In this document: piece by piece, positions 60,811-64,000 of the stretch
Layout of the letters: the number at the start of each line of letters is the position of its first letter
Numbering within the stretch: position 1 is the first letter of the stretch
Assembly: GCA_964188305.1 (NCBI GenBank)
Contig: OZ076885.1
Length of the DNA: 64,000 bases
DNA from: Podarcis bocagei
Lineage: Eukaryota
Strand: one strand, 5' to 3'
The notes under the pieces: model-generated
The model's database searches: none
Told to the model about the DNA's origin: nothing
What the model saw: the letters and a program-made list of their open reading frames with translations, nothing else
Translations under genes and position numbers: made by a program

Positions 60811-61035
60811 CAGTGGTACCTCAGGTTAAGTACTTAATTCGTTTCAGAGGTCCGTACTTAACCTGAAACTGTTCTTAACCTGAAGACCACTTTAGCTAAT
60901 GGGGCCTCCTGCTGCCGCCGCGCCACCGGAGCACGATTTCTGTTCTCATCCTGAAGCAATGTTCTTAACCTGAAGCACTATGTCTGGGTTAGCGGAGTCT
61001 GTAACCTGAAGCGTATGTAACCTGAGGTACCACTG
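60811..61035. mobile_element. Tc1/mariner (Tigger-like) MITE
   Basis: Perfect 18-bp TIR CAGTGGTACCTCAGGTTA with TA on both sides. Confidence 0.92.
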
Positions 61036-62382
61036 TATACTCTTCCAGAGTTAACACTAAATACACTACTTCTGGTAAATAAGCCACCACAGCCGCTAGA
61101 GGGCTGTGAAAATTTGTGTCCTGGGCTTTTTAGACTTGTTGACTCATGTACTATCTAAAACCAAAGGGGCACATTGGTTGTTGGATGTGAACTATATTGG
61201 CATAATTTTCAGCTCTCTTGCCCCACTATAAACATTCTGCAGTTTCACGTCTTGTGTGTGCTTATAACTCAGCAACCTTGCACCCACCCTTTTCACTGGT
61301 TTTTCAGCCACTGAAGTGGGCGGAGAGAGAGAGAAGTTGACAGAATGAATATAATGGAATTCAAGACAGTGAAGGGAGTGCTACAGATTCCCTAGATGAC
61401 GTGGGGGGGGGGGAGTCTGAATCACAAGCAGATGTACAATTTGTTTCAGGTTTAGTTTTCGTTTTTTGTTTAATACTGTTGACAAAGCATGAAATAAAAA
61501 AATGAGATTAAATAACAAATGAATGTTTTAAATAGGAAAAAAGCTAGTTGATAAATCTTGCCTGTCATTTCTCCAAAGGATGACAGATAATTTGAAATGC
61601 TCTAAGTCACCAGCAACCCAATACCATGTTGTTCTTTTGCAAGTGAGTTGAAGAGGCCTTCTTTCTCCTTGACATGTACTTTGATTTGTTCATGTGTTCA
61701 TCCTTCACCTTAGTTGTTTTTTAAACACACTTTCAAAAATCCCAAACTGCTGTGTATGCAGAGGTGTGTTTGTGATGTCATGGGTGATGTCCAGTCATCA
61801 CCATTCAAAGGCATATCACAAAACTTCATTCAGGTTGAAGCAACACAGAAACGTGGGAGAATGACTGCTCACCAGTCCTAATGTGGGCAGCTTTTGTGAC
61901 CTGGCTTTCCCCTCACATCCATAAAAAAGACTCAAGAGGGAATTGAATGGTAGAAAGGATATATTCCTTTGCAAGGGATTGGACTAAATGAACCTTGGGG
62001 TCCCTTCCAACTCTATAATGCTATGATTCTATACTTAAATATAGTAGAAGATCTTCAATATGATAAGACAAATTCAGAAAATATGAGCAATCTGGAGAAA
62101 TCTGGTAGGTACCCATTTCTTTCGTTCCCTGGGCATGTTTACAGTTGCACAGCAAGAGGTACCACTGCTTCCAGGGACTTTTTCATGCGATGTTTTGAAC
62201 AAACATGACAAGTGATTCTCCTTCCCAGCTGCTTCAAGCAGCTAGAAATTATTTTAAAGCAAGAAAAAAGAAAGCAGTCCAAGGAACCCCTTGGACCATC
62301 TCCTAACTCAATTGAAGCATTTTCAGTGTGTGCAGTTTTCAAAGGATTTCCCCTGTTAAGAAATCCACATGGATGTGCAAAG

Positions 62383-62585
62383 GAGGAAGCTGCCTTATAC
62401 TGAGTCAGAAGATTGGTCCATCTATTTCAGCATTGTCTATGCTGACTGGAAACAGCAGCAGCTTTCCAAGGGTCAGCAGCAGCTCTCTTTCAGGTCTCTC
62501 CCAGTCCTTCTTGGAGACATGAGGGAATGGACCTGGGATTTTCTGTGTGCAAAGCAGATGCTCTGCCACTGAGGTATATTCCTTC
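62383..62585 (-). mobile_element. tRNA(Ala-like)-derived SINE (Squam2-like); a head-only relic also lies at ~60655-60730 (+)
   Basis: GGAAGCTGCCTTATACTGAGTCAGA tail and GCAAAGCAGATGCTCTGCCACTGAG head. Confidence 0.75.
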
Positions 62586-62778
62586 CATTCCAAAGGGACT
62601 CATGGACAAACCTGAGTTCTTAATGAAACCCATTGTGGATTATGGCCTGTTTACAGAAGGGATGAGGAAAATATGAACTTCCAGATGCTGTTGGACCACA
62701 TCACCCATAAACCCCAGCCAACATGGTCTATGGTCAGGGATTTTGAGATTGGCAGTCCAACATCATCTATCTGGAGGG

Positions 62779-62802
62779 ATAATAATAATAATAACAACAA
62801 CA

Positions 62803-62848
<46 letters not shown>

Positions 62849-63080
62849 AATTTATTATTTATACCCCACCCATCTGGCTGGGTTTCCCCAGCCACTCTGG
62901 GTGGCTCCCAACAGAATATTAAAACAGAATAAAACATCAGTCATTAAAAACTTCCCTAAACAGGGCTGCCTTCAGATGTCTTCCAAAAGTCAGATAGTTC
63001 TTTATTTCCTTAACATCTGATGGGAGGGTGTTCCACAGGGTGGGCGCCACCACCAAGAAGGCCCTCTGCCTGGTTCCCTG
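62779..63080 (-). mobile_element. L2 3' end with (AAT)/(AAC) microsatellite tail; the same family occurs at ~4000-4165 and ~30577-30737
   Basis: TTTATACCCCACCCATCTGGCTGGG..CTGCCTTCAGATGTCTTC..GTTCCACAGGGTGGGCGCCAC shared among the copies. Confidence 0.75.
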
Positions 63081-64000
63081 ATTTATGACATCGCTGATTT
63101 ATGGCCGCTTATTTCTTTAAAATGCCTGGTTACAGCTACAATGAATTTTTGCCCATTTCAGTTTTTCAGGTTGAAAGAATTGCTTTTGAAATGAAAACAT
63201 TTCCCCTGAAGCTATGTTTACCCCCTTCTGTTTGCCCCTTCCTCTCCTGTGCCATTTCCCCCCTAGTTAAAACTTTCCTAGAGTGATCCTGGCCAATCAG
63301 GGATCACATAGCAACATGGTAATACAATGATGCTATATAACCTATTGGTTTTTGCTACATTACAATTTCATTTAAGGGCAAACCAAACCAAATGTGTATT
63401 AGGATAATGCTTTCTGGATTGGTGAAATTGACCTCAGCCAATCAAACGACTGATTACTGTCCTCTGGGGTGGGAGGGTAAGGGTAGGAATACCCTCCTTC
63501 TGATACATGGGGTTAGCCGGGGGGGAGGGGATACTGCCCCCATCAAGTAAAACAATAGTAATACTTAACTAACTACCAATCACATTGGTTCTGCCTTGCC
63601 TAACAAAAGTCCTGCTCCCCCCCAAAGCTCTGGCTACGTCCATGTTCTAATACAGCCCTTTTAGTTCAGTCCTAGTAGTACAGAGAGTGTTCGACTTGGA
63701 CCAGGATGTTGAATGGCCCCCTCAACTGAGACTTGGGCAAGAGATCCTTTCCCTTGGAGTTGCTGCAAGGATAAAATGGGAAAGCTCCCCTGTATGTCGC
63801 CATGTGCTCTTTTGGAAGAAGGACTGGAAAACACACACACACACACACATGAGAAAGAGACTCTACAGAATCTCTGTTAAGTACATATAAATCTGAAAGC
63901 CAAAAGTGATTAACATTACTGTACATAATGCACAACACACTGAGGCCTGGAATGTCAGAGCTCTGGGATTTCAGAATGGTTCATATCCAGCTGATTTGTG

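Overview
Vertebrate genomic DNA, almost certainly a lacertid lizard, judged from POM-type Sauria SINEs and squamate CR1/L2/RTE/MITE families. I could not identify any host protein-coding exon. The window appears to be the 5' regulatory region of an unidentified gene. A large CpG island (~12.0-17.7 kb, resuming at 23.7-25.2 kb) carries several candidate non-coding first exons on the minus strand, and many AT-rich blocks resemble conserved non-coding elements. The island is split by a full-length, apparently intact 6.0-kb L1 (minus strand, 17-bp TSD, ORF1 and ORF2 open), whose 5'UTR contains a candidate intron that would remove five of six upstream AUGs. At 53.7-55.2 kb, a 5'-truncated Penelope-like element (RT C-terminus plus GIY-YIG) sits in a (TA)n tract. 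It carries a minimal hammerhead-ribozyme-like motif with the ORF stop codon in the stem II loop, and an inverted terminal tail. At 56.0-57.3 kb a solo LTR is interrupted by a second, structured element that is either tyrosine-recombinase-like or another LTR. The rest is SINEs, MITEs, LINE fragments, microsatellites and one 135-N gap. All family assignments are from motif recognition; no database search was run.
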